In this document: positions 1 to 10,900 of the stretch, piece after piece
How the letters are laid out: the number at the start of each line of letters is the position of its first letter
How positions within the stretch are numbered: the first letter of the stretch is position 1
Source: Candidatus Eiseniibacteriota bacterium
GTDB taxonomy: Bacteria > Eisenbacteria > RBG-16-71-46
Assembly (NCBI GenBank): GCA_044222065.1
Contig: JBGAOA010000007.1
Coordinates: forward strand, 1 to 64,000
Length of the DNA: 64,000 bases
Reading direction: 5' to 3'
Program-made: the position numbers and the translations under genes
Notes under the pieces: model-generated
What the model saw: the letters and a program-made list of their open reading frames with translations, nothing else
Database searches by the model: none
Told to the model about the DNA's origin: nothing

Positions 1-402
1 GGCCCGAGCGCCGAATCGGCGTTCCTCGGCCTGCAGCTCGCGAGCCTCGGCGCGACGTCGGCTCCGGTCACGCGCGCGACGCTGGACACGATGCGCGCCG
101 CACGTGCGCCGCGGCCGAAGCTCGAGGCCGAGGCGCTGCTGCACGTCGGCACGGCGGCACTCGCGCGCGGCGACCGGGCCGAGGCGGCCGCGGACTTCGC
201 CGAGGCCTCCGCGATGGCGGACACGCTCGTTCCCGCGACGCATCCGTTGCACGCCGCGGTCCGCCTCGGCCGCTGGCTCGCCGCGGGCTCGCCGCCCGGC
301 GCGCCCGTGGACTCGGCCCGCGCCGCTTTCGCGATCGTCGAGCGGTGGGGAATGCGCCCGCCGGGACTCGCCGAAAGAGCGCGCGCGGCGCTCGCGCGCT
401 GA
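1..402 (+). CDS. Partial CDS (C-terminal end), Ala-rich helical/TPR-like protein
   Basis: Frame is open from base 1 to TGA at 402 with host-like codon usage (GCG/CTC). The pattern 'EAEALLHVGTAALARGDRAEAAADFAEA' is TPR-like. Confidence 0.55.
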   Translation, partial: GPSAESAFLGLQLASLGATSAPVTRATLDTMRAARAPRPKLEAEALLHVGTAALARGDRAEAAADFAEASAMADTLVPATHPLHAAVRLGRWLAAGSPPGAPVDSARAAFAIVERWGMRPPGLAERARAALAR

Positions 403-413
403 ACGCCGCGGCC

Positions 414-1346
414 TCAGTACTCGTTCGCGAGCGGCAGGCGGACGCGGAAGCAGGCGCCGCCGAGCGGGGACTCCAGCAGGTCGACGGCGCCGCCGAGCGC
501 CTGCGCGCACGACTTGACCGAGAACAGCCCGAGGCCGCTGCCGTCGGCCTTCGTGGTCTCGAGCGCGTCGAAGATGCCGGGCCTCCGTTCGGTCGGAACG
601 CCGGGGCCGTCGTCGTGAACCTCGATCGTGACGTGGCTCGGATCGCGCGCGAGCCGCACCTCGACCGTGCCCCGCCCGTCCGTCGCCTCGCACGCGTTCA
701 CGAGCAGGTTGCCCACGATCTGGTGCACGAGCAGCGGGTGCACGCGCATGGGAAGGGGTCCCGTCGGATCGAAGTGCAGCGCGCAGCGGCGAGCGCTCGT
801 GTGCGAGCGCACGACGGCGAGGCACTCCTGGATCTCGTGCGAGACGTCCACGTCGGTCGCGCTCGATGCGGCGCCCTGACGCACGATGCTGAGCAGCCGG
901 CGGTTCAGCGCGATCAGCTTGTCCACCGAGCGCTGGAGGCCCTGCAGCGCCGGGGCTTCGGCGCCGATCGCGTGCCGCAGGCCCTCGAGATCCGAGATGA
1001 CCGCGACGAGCACGTTGTTCGCGTCGTGCGCGGTCGAAGCCGCGAGCAGGCCCGCGAACGCGCGGCGCTCGTTCGCGAGCAGCGCGCGATCCCGGTGCCG
1101 GACTTCCGCCTCGTGCCGTTCGATGCGCGCGACCGCGACCCACGCGCCGAGGAACACGGCGAGCGCGGTCACCGCGACGAACATCACGCCCTTGAAGGTC
1201 TCGATCTCGCGCAGTTGCTCGACGTCGCCCGAGAGCCGCGCCGCGATCGCGCTCGAGAACACGATGTACACGCCCGACAGGACGGCGTAGCCGCCGGCGA
1301 GCAGCAGGGCGTAGCGCAGGGCACGACCCGGATGTCCGGCGCTCAT
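414..1346 (-). CDS. Membrane-bound sensor histidine kinase
   Basis: Two N-terminal TM helices, H-box 'AHDANNVL', N-box 'NLLVNACEA', G1 'DDGPG', G2 'GSGLGL'. Start refined to ATG at 1346. Confidence 0.88.
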   Translation of the reverse strand: MSAGHPGRALRYALLLAGGYAVLSGVYIVFSSAIAARLSGDVEQLREIETFKGVMFVAVTALAVFLGAWVAVARIERHEAEVRHRDRALLANERRAFAGLLAASTAHDANNVLVAVISDLEGLRHAIGAEAPALQGLQRSVDKLIALNRRLLSIVRQGAASSATDVDVSHEIQECLAVVRSHTSARRCALHFDPTGPLPMRVHPLLVHQIVGNLLVNACEATDGRGTVEVRLARDPSHVTIEVHDDGPGVPTERRPGIFDALETTKADGSGLGLFSVKSCAQALGGAVDLLESPLGGACFRVRLPLANEY

Positions 1347-1615
1347 CGTGCGCCCGCTCCGCGCGGGCTCCGTCCGGCGGGACGCGGGGCGTTCCGGATC
1401 GCGCCGCGCCGGGCGTGGAGACGCGGACGGTCCGTCGGGCGCGCGGCTCGCGCGAGAGGTCGAGTCGAATCCATGCACGAACTCCTCGAAGCCGGATCGC
1501 TCGCGGCGTACGGTCGGCCGCCGCGGGACGACTCGGGCAATGTACGCCCGGCCCCGCGCGACTCGGAACCCGGGATTCGGCGGCCGTGCGCCTTCGAGCG
1601 GGGAGGGCTGCCGGC

Positions 1616-1642
1616 TCAAGTCTCGATCGGCCGGTCCGAAAC
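1616..1642 (+). promoter_or_regulatory. Putative sigma28/FliA-WhiG-like promoter
   Basis: TCAAG-N14-TCCGAAAC upstream of the hybrid kinase, with the same spacing as the stronger site at 26570-26596. Confidence 0.4.
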
Positions 1643-1743
1643 TGAAGCCCGCGCGCCGCGCCTCGTTCGGCGTCGGTGGTAGTCTCGGCGCGCCCTCTCG
1701 ATTTGCCAACGCGCAGCGCCCACAGCGTTCAGGGAGGCGCGAC

Positions 1744-3699
1744 GTGAACGTCGCATTCGTGATCGCCGTCTTCACCGCCTCGGTGAACCTCGTCACCGCG
1801 GTCGGCTTGCTCGCGATCTCACGCGCCCCGGGCTGGAAGTTCTGCCGCACGTTCGCGTTCATCGCGTTCACCGGCGTTCTCTACAGCGTCAACAACACGA
1901 TCACGTCGATCGACGGCTTCCACCACACCGTCTATCACCGCGCGGTCCAGCTGAACTACCTGTGGGCGAACCTCCACATCCTCGCCTGGTACCCGTTCCT
2001 GTTCGGCGGACCGGACGCATCGCTCGCGCGACTCTCGCGCCCGCTGCGCTGGCTCGTCGCGTTCGCGGCCGCACTCGCGCTGTTCTTCCTCGTGACCGAT
2101 CTCCACCTGAGGCCGGGCACCGTCGAACTGCCGGTCGCGTGGGCGGGCGTCGTGTACCACTACTGCCTCACGACGCCGATCGGCGACGCGTACGGGCTGT
2201 GGGTCGTCGCGCTGCTGCTGGTCCCGTACGCGAGCGTCGTGCGCCGGCTGCTCGGAGGCGACCTCGGGAGCGCGCCGCTCGCGGTGGGGTTCTCGATCTA
2301 CTTCGCGTGCGCCCTCGTCGAGGTGCTCGTCGCGAATCGTGTGATCGTGTTCGTGTCCCCCGCCGACCTCGGCTTCCTCGCGATCGTGATTCCGACCGCG
2401 GCGACGATGCTGCGCCGCTTCATCGCCGATCAGCGCCGTCTGCAGGAGCTGACGGCGCGGCTCGAAGGCGAGGTCGCCGTCCGCACCGAGGAACGCGACC
2501 TCGTTCAATCGGCCCTCGTCGAATCGGAGCGGCTCGCCGCACTCGGCCGGCTCGCGGCCGGGGTCGGCCACGAGATCAACAACCCGCTCACGTACGTGCA
2601 GCTCTCGCTGGAGCGCGTCGACGAGCAGATCGCGAACGTGGCGGCGACCGAAGGTGTGCGCGAATCGCTCGCCGACGCGCGCGACGGCGTGGATCGCATC
2701 CGGCGCGTCGTCGAGGACCTGCGCATCTACTCGCGGCGGCGGCACGAACGCGTGGAGCTGGACCCCCGCGACGTCGCGCGGTCCGCGCTGCGCGTCGCGC
2801 GTCCGAACCTGCGGCACGTCGCGCACGTCGAGACCGAGTTCGGCGACGCGCCGCGCGTGCTCGGCGAGGAAGCGCGGCTCGTGCAGGCGCTCGTCAACCT
2901 GCTCGTGAACGCGGCGCAGGCGGTCGGGACGGGCGAGACCGAGGGGCGGCTCGTGTTGCGCACGCGCACGCACGCGGACGGCTCGGCGGTGTTCGAGGTC
3001 GAGGACAACGGGCCGGGCATCCCGGAGGAGCACCAGCGCTTCGTCGCAGAACCGTACTGGACCACGCGCGCCGAGCGCGGCGGTCTCGGGCTCGGACTGT
3101 TCGTGACGCGCGGCATCGTGGACGCGCACGCGGGCCGGCTCGAACTCGAAGGCGGCGCGAGCGGCGGCACGATCGCGCGCGTCGTGCTGCCCGCGTGCGC
3201 GCCGGCGCCGTCGTCCGACCCGGCCGCGTCCCCGGCCGCACCGCATTCGGCCGCCGCCGCGTCCGCGCCGGCCGTGCCGCCCGAATTGCGCGAGCTCGGG
3301 CCGCGGCACCGCGTCCTCGTCGTGGACGACGAGCCGCTCGTCCTGCGCCTGGTCGCGCGCGCGCTCGAGCGCGACTGGGACGTGCTCGTGGCGGCCGACG
3401 GGGCGGAAGCGCGCGCGGTGCTCGAACGCGGGCGCGTGGACGCGATCGTGTGCGACCTCCTCATGCCGGGCGTGACGGGCATGGACCTCGCCGCCGAGGT
3501 GGAAGCGCGCTCACCGGCGCTTCGCTCGCGCATGGTGTTCCTCACCGGCGGCGCGGTGACCGAGGCGGCGCGCCGCTTCGTCGAGCGTCCCGACGTTGCG
3601 TGCCTGACGAAGCCCGTGGAACTCGAGGAGCTCCGCGGCGCGCTGCGACGCCTGCTCGAGCGGGCGCCGCGGCCGGCCGAGCGCTCGCCCGCGCATTGA
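1744..3699 (+). CDS. Hybrid sensor histidine kinase/response regulator with multi-TM (7TM-like) input domain
   Basis: GGAGG RBS before GTG 1744. About 7 hydrophobic segments, 'HEINNPL', 'NLLVNAAQA', 'DNGPG', 'GLGLGL', and a receiver domain ('LVVDDE', 'DLLMP', 'KP'). Confidence 0.9.
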   Translation: MNVAFVIAVFTASVNLVTAVGLLAISRAPGWKFCRTFAFIAFTGVLYSVNNTITSIDGFHHTVYHRAVQLNYLWANLHILAWYPFLFGGPDASLARLSRPLRWLVAFAAALALFFLVTDLHLRPGTVELPVAWAGVVYHYCLTTPIGDAYGLWVVALLLVPYASVVRRLLGGDLGSAPLAVGFSIYFACALVEVLVANRVIVFVSPADLGFLAIVIPTAATMLRRFIADQRRLQELTARLEGEVAVRTEERDLVQSALVESERLAALGRLAAGVGHEINNPLTYVQLSLERVDEQIANVAATEGVRESLADARDGVDRIRRVVEDLRIYSRRRHERVELDPRDVARSALRVARPNLRHVAHVETEFGDAPRVLGEEARLVQALVNLLVNAAQAVGTGETEGRLVLRTRTHADGSAVFEVEDNGPGIPEEHQRFVAEPYWTTRAERGGLGLGLFVTRGIVDAHAGRLELEGGASGGTIARVVLPACAPAPSSDPAASPAAPHSAAAASAPAVPPELRELGPRHRVLVVDDEPLVLRLVARALERDWDVLVAADGAEARAVLERGRVDAIVCDLLMPGVTGMDLAAEVEARSPALRSRMVFLTGGAVTEAARRFVERPDVACLTKPVELEELRGALRRLLERAPRPAERSPAH

Positions 3700-3781
3700 C
3701 GCGCGGCAGACGTGCTGCGAACGTGCCCCGGCGCGCGACCGCGCGCGGGTTCGTCGCGATTCGATCCGCTCCGGAGGTCCC

Positions 3782-4162
3782 ATGCGTCGCCTCGTCGTCC
3801 TCGCTCTCGCCGTGTGCACGTGTTTCGCGGCATCGCCGTCCTTCGCGGCCGGCGGCAAGCCCATCCAGCTCGCGCTCTTCGCGCCCGCACAGCTCGTCCC
3901 CGAGGGCGAGTCCGTCTCGGGACTTCGCCTCAACGTGATCTACGGCGTGAACCAGGACGTCCAGGGCCTCGACCTCGGGCTCATCAACCACGTCCGCGGC
4001 ACAGGATTCTCGTGGCAGTGGGGCGGCGTCGGATTCGTCGAGGGGAACTTCACCGGGTTCCAGGACAACGTGATCAACATCACGAAGGGCGAGTTCACGG
4101 GACTCAACGTGATCCAGAAGAACAAGGTGCCGTTCCTTCCGATCGTGAACTGGTCCATGTAG
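3782..4162 (+). CDS. Secreted glycine-rich repeat protein (LA_2272-like surface repeat)
   Basis: GGAGG RBS, signal peptide, 'GLRLNVIYG..QDVQGLDLGLIN' repeats, C-terminus 'PFLPIVNWSM'. Confidence 0.65.
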   Translation: MRRLVVLALAVCTCFAASPSFAAGGKPIQLALFAPAQLVPEGESVSGLRLNVIYGVNQDVQGLDLGLINHVRGTGFSWQWGGVGFVEGNFTGFQDNVINITKGEFTGLNVIQKNKVPFLPIVNWSM

Positions 4163-4478
4163 CCACGCGTCCGATCGCGGGACGCTCCGGGTATTCGGGG
4201 CGTCCCGCGTCGTTTTCCGCCGCCTCGCGCGGCCATCAAGCTTCGGCAAAGAGTGCGCGTTCCCGTCTTGATCGAGCGCGCGAATCGTGGATACTCCGCC
4301 CGACCGCGCCAGAGCGCGGCGGGGTTCCGCGAGAGCGGCCCGCCGTCCGCGGGATCCGCGTTCCGGGCTGCTCTTCTTCGCGAACGCCTCCCAGGATCTC
4401 CGGGTTGTCTGGCCGCACGCAGTCCCGGGCAACTCCCCTTGCCGGCGGTGACTGGTCATCCGCTACCCAGGAGGAACC

Positions 4479-5351
4479 ATGCCCAAGAACCTCTCGCTCG
4501 TCCTCGCCGTCGTCGGCGTCCTTCTGCTCGGCGCCACCACCGTGCTGTTCCTGAAGCTCCGGGATTCGAACGCGAACCTGCTCGCCATGCAGACGGAAGA
4601 GCAGGAGACGCGCGTCCGCTACGGCGAGGCGATCAACTCGATCGCCACGATCCAGGACAGCCTGAACGCGATCGCGCTCGGCGATTCCGCGAACGCGATG
4701 CTGTCGCAGAACCTCGCGAGCGAACTCGCGATCTCGCCGAACAAGGGCGACCAGGTGCTGCAGAACATCGCCCTGCTGAAGGCCGGCATCGAGCGCACGA
4801 AGACGCGCATCACGGAGTTGGACCAGCGCCTCAAGAAGAACGGCGTCCAGATCTCCGGCCTCAACAAGATGGTCGCGAACCTCAAGCGCAACGTCGCCGA
4901 GAAGGAGGCCGTGGTCGCCGAGCTCACGAGCCGCGTCGAGTCGCTCCAGACCCAGGTCGTCGGCCTCACCGCCGACGTCGAGCAGAAGTCGGCGACGATC
5001 GTGACGCAGACCGCGACGATCGAGGAGAAGCGGCGCGAACTCGGCACCGTGTTCGTCGCGATCGGCACGCGGAAGAACCTCACGGACGCCGGCGTCGTCG
5101 CGGCGGCGGGCGGCGTGCTCGGCCTCGGCAAGACGCTCAAGCCGACGGGCAACACGAACCCGGCCGTGTTCTCGCCCGTGGACACGGACGCGCAGACCGT
5201 CATCCCGATCCCGGCCGCGAAGGCGCAGGTGATCTCGGCGCAGCCCGCGGGCAGCTACGCGCTCGAACTCGTCGGCGGCCAGCTCGAGCTGCGCATCAAG
5301 GACCCGGCCGAGTTCCGCAAGATCAAGCACGTCGTGATCCTGACGACCTAG
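4479..5351 (+). CDS. Membrane-anchored coiled-coil protein
   Basis: AGGAGG RBS, N-terminal TM helix, long heptad region, beta-rich C-terminal domain. Confidence 0.75.
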   Translation: MPKNLSLVLAVVGVLLLGATTVLFLKLRDSNANLLAMQTEEQETRVRYGEAINSIATIQDSLNAIALGDSANAMLSQNLASELAISPNKGDQVLQNIALLKAGIERTKTRITELDQRLKKNGVQISGLNKMVANLKRNVAEKEAVVAELTSRVESLQTQVVGLTADVEQKSATIVTQTATIEEKRRELGTVFVAIGTRKNLTDAGVVAAAGGVLGLGKTLKPTGNTNPAVFSPVDTDAQTVIPIPAAKAQVISAQPAGSYALELVGGQLELRIKDPAEFRKIKHVVILTT

Positions 5352-5469
5352 ACGAAGCACGCCGGGCCGTACGACCCGGCGCGGTTCGCGTGTCGAACGG
5401 ATTTCGACTCGCAGCGGGGACCCGCGGCGTTCGCGCCGCGGGTCTTTCCGTTCCCGCGCGAGTTCGCGC

Positions 5470-5497
5470 TTGACCCCGGCACGGCATCGGTTAGATT
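5470..5497 (+). promoter_or_regulatory. sigma70-type promoter for the rsgA leader
   Basis: TTGACC-N16-TAGATT. Confidence 0.6.
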
Positions 5498-5552
5498 CCG
5501 CCCTGCCGCCGAGGCGCGTGGTGCGCCCGGCGAGGAACGGAAGGAGAACCTC

Positions 5553-5609
5553 GTGGCAGCCCTTGTGCTCGAATTCCGCGCGTCACGACCCTTCCGCAGC
5601 TTCGCGTAG
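5553..5609 (+). CDS. Putative leader peptide MAALVLEFRASRPFRSFA (18 aa)
   Basis: Strong RBS AAGGAG at 5541-5546, GTG start, TAG stop 20 nt before a terminator. Confidence 0.5.
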   Translation: MAALVLEFRASRPFRSFA

Positions 5610-5628
5610 CGACCGCTTCGTCGCCGCG

Positions 5629-5659
5629 CGCCGCTCCGAAAGGGGCGGCGTTTTTTTTT
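5629..5659 (+). terminator. Intrinsic terminator/attenuator upstream of rsgA
   Basis: CGCCGCTCC-GAAA-GGGGCGGCG followed by T9. Confidence 0.8.
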
Positions 5660-5743
5660 CGCCGTCCGTCGTGACGCCCCGTCCGAGCCGACTTCCGCCG
5701 GGGCGATGGCGCCCCGATCGATTCCCGTTCGAGGGTACGAGTC

Positions 5744-6829
5744 ATGACGCTGACGAAGCTGGGTTGGAACGCGCGCTTCGGGGCCGCGTTCGAAGCACTG
5801 GAGAAGACCGAACCGCTCGCGCCCGCACGCGTGCTGCGGGAGGACCGAGATCGCTACCGGATCGCGTGCGAAGACGGTGAGCGTCCCGCGACGCTCGCCG
5901 GTCGCCTGCGCCACGAAGTCACGGACCGCGTCGCGCTGCCGGCGGTCGGGGACTGGGTCGCGATCCGCACCGACGAGGCCTCCGATCGCGAGTCGCCGGC
6001 GACGATCGTCGCCGTGCTTCCGCGCTCGAGTGCGTTCGTGCGCAAGGACGCGGGTGAGACGACCGAGTCGCAGGTGCTGGTCGCGAACGTGGACACCGTG
6101 TTCCTCGTCACGGGGCTCGACGGCGACTTCAACGTTCGCCGCATCGAGCGCTACCTCGCCGCGGCGTGGGAGAGCGGGGCCGAGCCGGTCGTGCTCCTGA
6201 ACAAGGCCGACGTCGCCGCCGACCTGCCGGCGCGCCTCGCCGAGGTCGAGGCGGTCGCGATGGGCGTGCCGATCGTGACGCTCTCGGCGCTGAACGGCTC
6301 GGGACTCGAGGCGCTCGCGCCGTGGATCACGCCGGGCCGCACGATCGCGCTGCTCGGCTCCTCGGGCGTCGGCAAGAGCACGATCGTGAACGCGCTCGCG
6401 GGCGAGTCGCGGCAGGCGACACAACCGGTGCGCGAGTGGGACTCGCGCGGCCGGCACACTACGACGCATCGCGAGCTGGTTCCGCTCGCGGGGGGCGCCG
6501 TGCTGCTCGACACGCCCGGCCTGCGGCTGCTCAAGCTGTGGTCCGCCGAGGACGGGATCGCCGGCGTCTTTCCGGACGTGGCGGGCTTCGCGGCCTCGTG
6601 CCGCTTTCGCGACTGCCGGCACGCCGAGGAACCCGGCTGCGCCGTGCGCGCGGCGGCGGACTCGGGCGCGCTTCCGGCCGAGCGGCTCGCGGCGTGGCGC
6701 AAGCTCGTGCGCGAGCAGGAGTGGCTCGAAGCCCGGCAGGACGCCCGCCTCCGGGCGCAGCGCGAGGCCCGGTGGAAGGCGATCCACAACAGCCTCAAGC
6801 ACCACCCGAAGTTCCGTCGCGAGCGCTGA
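5744..6829 (+). CDS. rsgA: Ribosome small subunit-dependent GTPase A
   Basis: 'AVGDWV', 'ANVD', 'LNKAD', 'GSSGVGKST', 'GRHTTT', 'DTPG', zinc finger 'CRFRDCRHAEEPGC'. Confidence 0.95.
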   Translation: MTLTKLGWNARFGAAFEALEKTEPLAPARVLREDRDRYRIACEDGERPATLAGRLRHEVTDRVALPAVGDWVAIRTDEASDRESPATIVAVLPRSSAFVRKDAGETTESQVLVANVDTVFLVTGLDGDFNVRRIERYLAAAWESGAEPVVLLNKADVAADLPARLAEVEAVAMGVPIVTLSALNGSGLEALAPWITPGRTIALLGSSGVGKSTIVNALAGESRQATQPVREWDSRGRHTTTHRELVPLAGGAVLLDTPGLRLLKLWSAEDGIAGVFPDVAGFAASCRFRDCRHAEEPGCAVRAAADSGALPAERLAAWRKLVREQEWLEARQDARLRAQREARWKAIHNSLKHHPKFRRER

Positions 6830-6991
6830 GCGATGGGGGGAGCGGGCGGGACGCGGCCGCGATGCCGCGTGCCCGTGCGGCTTGTCTCGGACGGCCGGGT
6901 CGGGCGACACTGCCGCGATTCGATCCACCTTCCGGCGCGGCGACGAGCGCGCGCCGGGCACGCGCCGCCCGCTCCATTCCCGGGATCCGAC

Positions 6992-7714
6992 ATGGGACGC
7001 ATCTTCGAAACACGCAAAGCCACGATGTTCGCGCGCTGGGACCGCATGTCCAAGGCGTTCTCCCGCATCGGCAAGCAGATCGCGATCGCGGTCAAGGCCG
7101 GCGGGCCGAACCCCGACGACAATCCCGCCCTGCGGCGCTGCTTCCAGAACGCGCGCGCCGTGAACATGCCGAAGGACAAGGTCGAAGGCGCGATCAAGCG
7201 CGCGCTCGGCAAGGACCAGACGGACTACCAGGAGATCGTGTACGAGGGCTACGGGCCGCACGGCGTCGCCGTGCTGGTCGAGGCCGCCACGGACAATCCG
7301 ACGCGCACGGCGGGCAACGTGCGCTCGATCTTCAACAAGTACGAGGGCAACCTCGGTTCGAGCGGCAGTGTCGCGTTCCAGTTCAAGCGCATGGGGGTCT
7401 TCCGTCTGAAGCCCGAAGGGCTCGATGCCGAGGCGCTCGAACTCGAGCTGATCGACTTCGGTCTCGAGGAGATGGGCGAGAGCACGGGCGAGAAGGGCGA
7501 ACCGCAGCTCGTCGTGCGCTGCGGGTTCTCGGACTTCGGACACCTGCAGAAGGCGCTCGAGGACCGCAAGCTCACGCCGATCTCGGCCGAGTCCGAATTC
7601 ATCCCGACGACTCCCGTGCATCTGCCCGAAGATCAGGCGACCGCCGTGCTCAAGCTCGTGGACTCGCTCGAGCAGGACGACGACGTGCAGAAGGTCTTCC
7701 ACAACCTGGGCTGA
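6992..7714 (+). CDS. yebC: YebC/PmpR family protein
   Basis: '[21 protein letters not shown]', '[13 protein letters not shown]'. The N-terminus resembles Bacteroidota-type YebC. Confidence 0.93.
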   Translation: MGRIFETRKATMFARWDRMSKAFSRIGKQIAIAVKAGGPNPDDNPALRRCFQNARAVNMPKDKVEGAIKRALGKDQTDYQEIVYEGYGPHGVAVLVEAATDNPTRTAGNVRSIFNKYEGNLGSSGSVAFQFKRMGVFRLKPEGLDAEALELELIDFGLEEMGESTGEKGEPQLVVRCGFSDFGHLQKALEDRKLTPISAESEFIPTTPVHLPEDQATAVLKLVDSLEQDDDVQKVFHNLG

Positions 7715-7941
7715 TCGCGTCGCGTTCCGCCCCGGTTCGCGATGTTTAGAAGCACGCGACCCCCGACTCCACTCGCGGGTCGTTCGTTTTCTCCGGTGAG
7801 GGTGGATTTCTATTGAGCGGCGCGCGCGCGGTCCCTAGGCTGAGCGGCGGCAATCCGTCCCTCGCGTGCCGCTCCGGATCCGGGCCGAAACCCTGCTTCC
7901 CTGCGCCCCGCCGACACTCGTCTCTCTTGCTGGAGGCTCCC

Positions 7942-10900
7942 GTGTCCCCATCCCTTGCCCCGCGCGTCCCACGCGCACTGTTGTCGGTTCTGCTGGCGCT
8001 GGCCGCCCTGCTTCCGGCGGCCGGAGTCCAGGCCAAGAAGGCGCCCGAGACGTCGGCGAAGCGCGCCGCGCTGCTCGCGCGGCCGCTCATGCTGCGCGAC
8101 ATCGAGAACGGCGGCGCGCTGCAGAAGAGCGGCGGCGCGCAGTCGAGCATCGGCACGGCGACGGGCCGCCTGCTGCGCTACTGGCGCATGACGCCGGACC
8201 GCGGCGGCGTGTCGTCCACGGCGCCCCGCGCGATCGCCGAGTCGTACCTGACCTCGAACGCGGCGCGTCTCGGCCTCGTGGCTTCGAAGCTCGGCGACGA
8301 CCTGTCGCTGTTCTCCGAGAAGGCGTCGCCGTCGGGCACGCACGTCCGCTACCAGCAGCAGGTGAACGGCGTGCCGGTGTATCGCGGCGACCTCGTGATC
8401 AAGGTGTCGAACGGCGGACAGATCTCGTCGGTGATGAACAACCTCCGTCCCGACGTGCAGATCGACACGCAGCCGGCGTTCGACGCGAAGCGGGCGATCG
8501 AACTCGGCGCCGCGGCGATCGCGCCGACCGGGAAGGCGATCGGCACGTATCGCGCGGACCTCGAGGTGTTCGACCTCGAAGGCGGCGCGCGGCTCGGCTA
8601 TCGCGTCAGCATTCCGAACGAAGATCCGATGGGCGACTGGCAGGTGTTCGTGGACGCGAAGGACGGCAAGGTTCTCGGCATCGTGGACCGCGCCCAGTAC
8701 GCGGACGGCACCGGCCAGGTCTTCGATCCCGATCCGCGCAGCAAGATGAGCGACAGCTCGTTCGTGGACAGCGGCGACGCCGACTCGGCGGTGCCGTTCC
8801 CGGCCGCGTACGACATCGTGAACCTGCTCGGCATGACGTTCTCGGCCGGCACGTACTCGCTGAGCGGCCCGTACGCGCAGCTCATCGACAACGAATCGCC
8901 GACCGTGGTGCCCGTCACCGCGACGCACGCCGACAGCTTCCGCTACCAGCGCAGCCCGTCGGGCTTCGAGGACGTGATGTGCTACTGGCAGCTGGACATG
9001 AGCCAGCGCTACATCCAGAGCCTCGGCTTCACGAACGTGAACAACCGCGTGCAGGGCGTGGACTCGCACGGCCTCTCCGGCGCGGACAACTCGCATTACG
9101 TTCCTTCGACCGGAAACCTCGCGTTCGGCGAGGGCGGCATCGACGACGACGAAGACGCGGACGTGATCTGGCACGAGTACGGCCACTCCATCCAGGACAA
9201 CATCGTTCCGGGCTGGGGCGGCGGCCAGGAAGGCGCGATGGGCGAGGGCTTCGGTGACTACTGGGCCCACTCGTACTCGCTGTTCAAGGCCCCGGGATTC
9301 CAGCCGCTGCACGTGTTCACGTGGGACGGCAACGGCGAGACGTGGCCGGGCCGCGTCGCGATCGACGTGACGATGCACTATCCCGAGAACTGCTGCGGTG
9401 AGGTGCACGATTCCGGCACGCTGTGGTGCTCGGGCCTCATCGACGCCTACAACTCGGTCGGCCGGACGGCCATGGACCGCATCGTGCTCGACCACCACTT
9501 CGCCCTCGGCACGAGTGCGACGATGGCGGACGCGGCGGCGCAGATCATCCAGTCCGACTTCGACCTCTACGGCGGCGCGCACGTCTCGACGCTCGTCGCG
9601 AAGTTCGGGTTCTGGGGCTTCGTGAACCCGGCCGACTTCGTCCCGACGATCACGCACACCCCGCGCACGGACACCGAGGCTTCCGGCCCGTACGCGATCG
9701 TCGCGACGATCACGTCGGTGCAGCCGCTCGACCCGACGTCTCTCAAGGTCCACTACGGCGTCGGCGCCTTCACGAACGAAGTCACGATGACGCCGACCGC
9801 GAATCCGAACGAATACTCCGCTTCGATTCCGGATCTCGGTTCGAACGTCGACATCCGCTACTACATCATCGCGAGCGACAACGTGGGCGGCACGTCCACG
9901 CACCCGGTCAATGCTCCGACCGCGTTCCACCAGTTCCACGTCGGTCCGGACGTGACGGCGCCGGTGATCACGCACACGGCGATCGGCAACTTCCCGCAGA
10001 TCCAGTGGCCGGCGACGGTCAACGTGACCGTGACGGACAACCTCGGCGTGAACGCCGACTCGGTGCGCGTGAACTGGCAGAAGAACGGCGTTTCGCGCGG
10101 CGCGTTCTACCTGACGCGCGTCGGCCTCACGAACAACTGGACCGGCGCGTTCCCGGGCGTCAACGCGGACGTGTCGGTGGGCGACGTGATCGACTACCGC
10201 ATCACGGCGCGCGACGTGGCTTCGACGCCGAACGTCGCGACGCATCCGGCGGTCGGCTTCCACACGTTCAACATCATCGCGAGCCGCGGCACGATCCTCG
10301 TGCTCGACGACGACGAAGTGGCCTCGCACTCGGCGGCGAAGCAGCTGACGGGCGAAGAGGCGAAGGCGGCGTCGGAAGCGGCGTCGGCGAAGCCGGCCGG
10401 TCCGCAGGGCCTGTCCGCGACGAACATCGCGGCGATCCTGAACGCGCGCGGCTTCACGGCGACGGTCGAGGCGGCGAACACCTCGAACCCGGCGACGTGG
10501 TCGAACTACCAGCTGCTCGTGTCCTCGAGCGGCGGCAACGAGGGTCCGGTCGCAAACGCGGCGTACCGCACCGCGATCGAGAACTGGGTGGCGGGCGGCG
10601 GCAAGCTGCTCGTCGAAGGCGGCGAGGTCGCCTACGACGCCGCGTCGACGCCCGGCTATCCGACGTTCGCGGCGAACGTGCTCCACACGATCGACTGGGA
10701 CGCGGACAACGCCGGCGCGCTGACGCTGCTCACGCCGGGACATCCGATCGCGACGACGCCGTACGCGATTCCGTCCGGGCTGGCGATCAACTACACGGCG
10801 TTCGGCAGCGAGGACTCGTACAAGCCGGTGGCGCCCGCGTACATCGTGTACGGCGTCACGGCGCAAGCCGGCAACGGCGGCATCCTCGTGTACGACGACA

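Noticed and set aside
1348..1743. N-terminal extensions in the ORF track (kinases, yebC, PLD, pilB, PorV and others)
   Set aside because: The extensions are low-complexity and overlap other features. Downstream starts have an SD or stop/start overlap and mark where the domains begin.
5700..5716. GGCGATGG, resembling the start of a fluoride riboswitch
   Set aside because: It forms only a simple GGGGCG/CGCCCC hairpin, lacks the downstream pseudoknot elements and is far from crcB.
3755..6926. Shared 13-mer CGCGATTCGATCC upstream of two genes, and CGGTTCGCG after several stop codons
   Set aside because: Matches of this length are expected by chance in 64 kb of GC-rich DNA, and there is no consistent position or extension.
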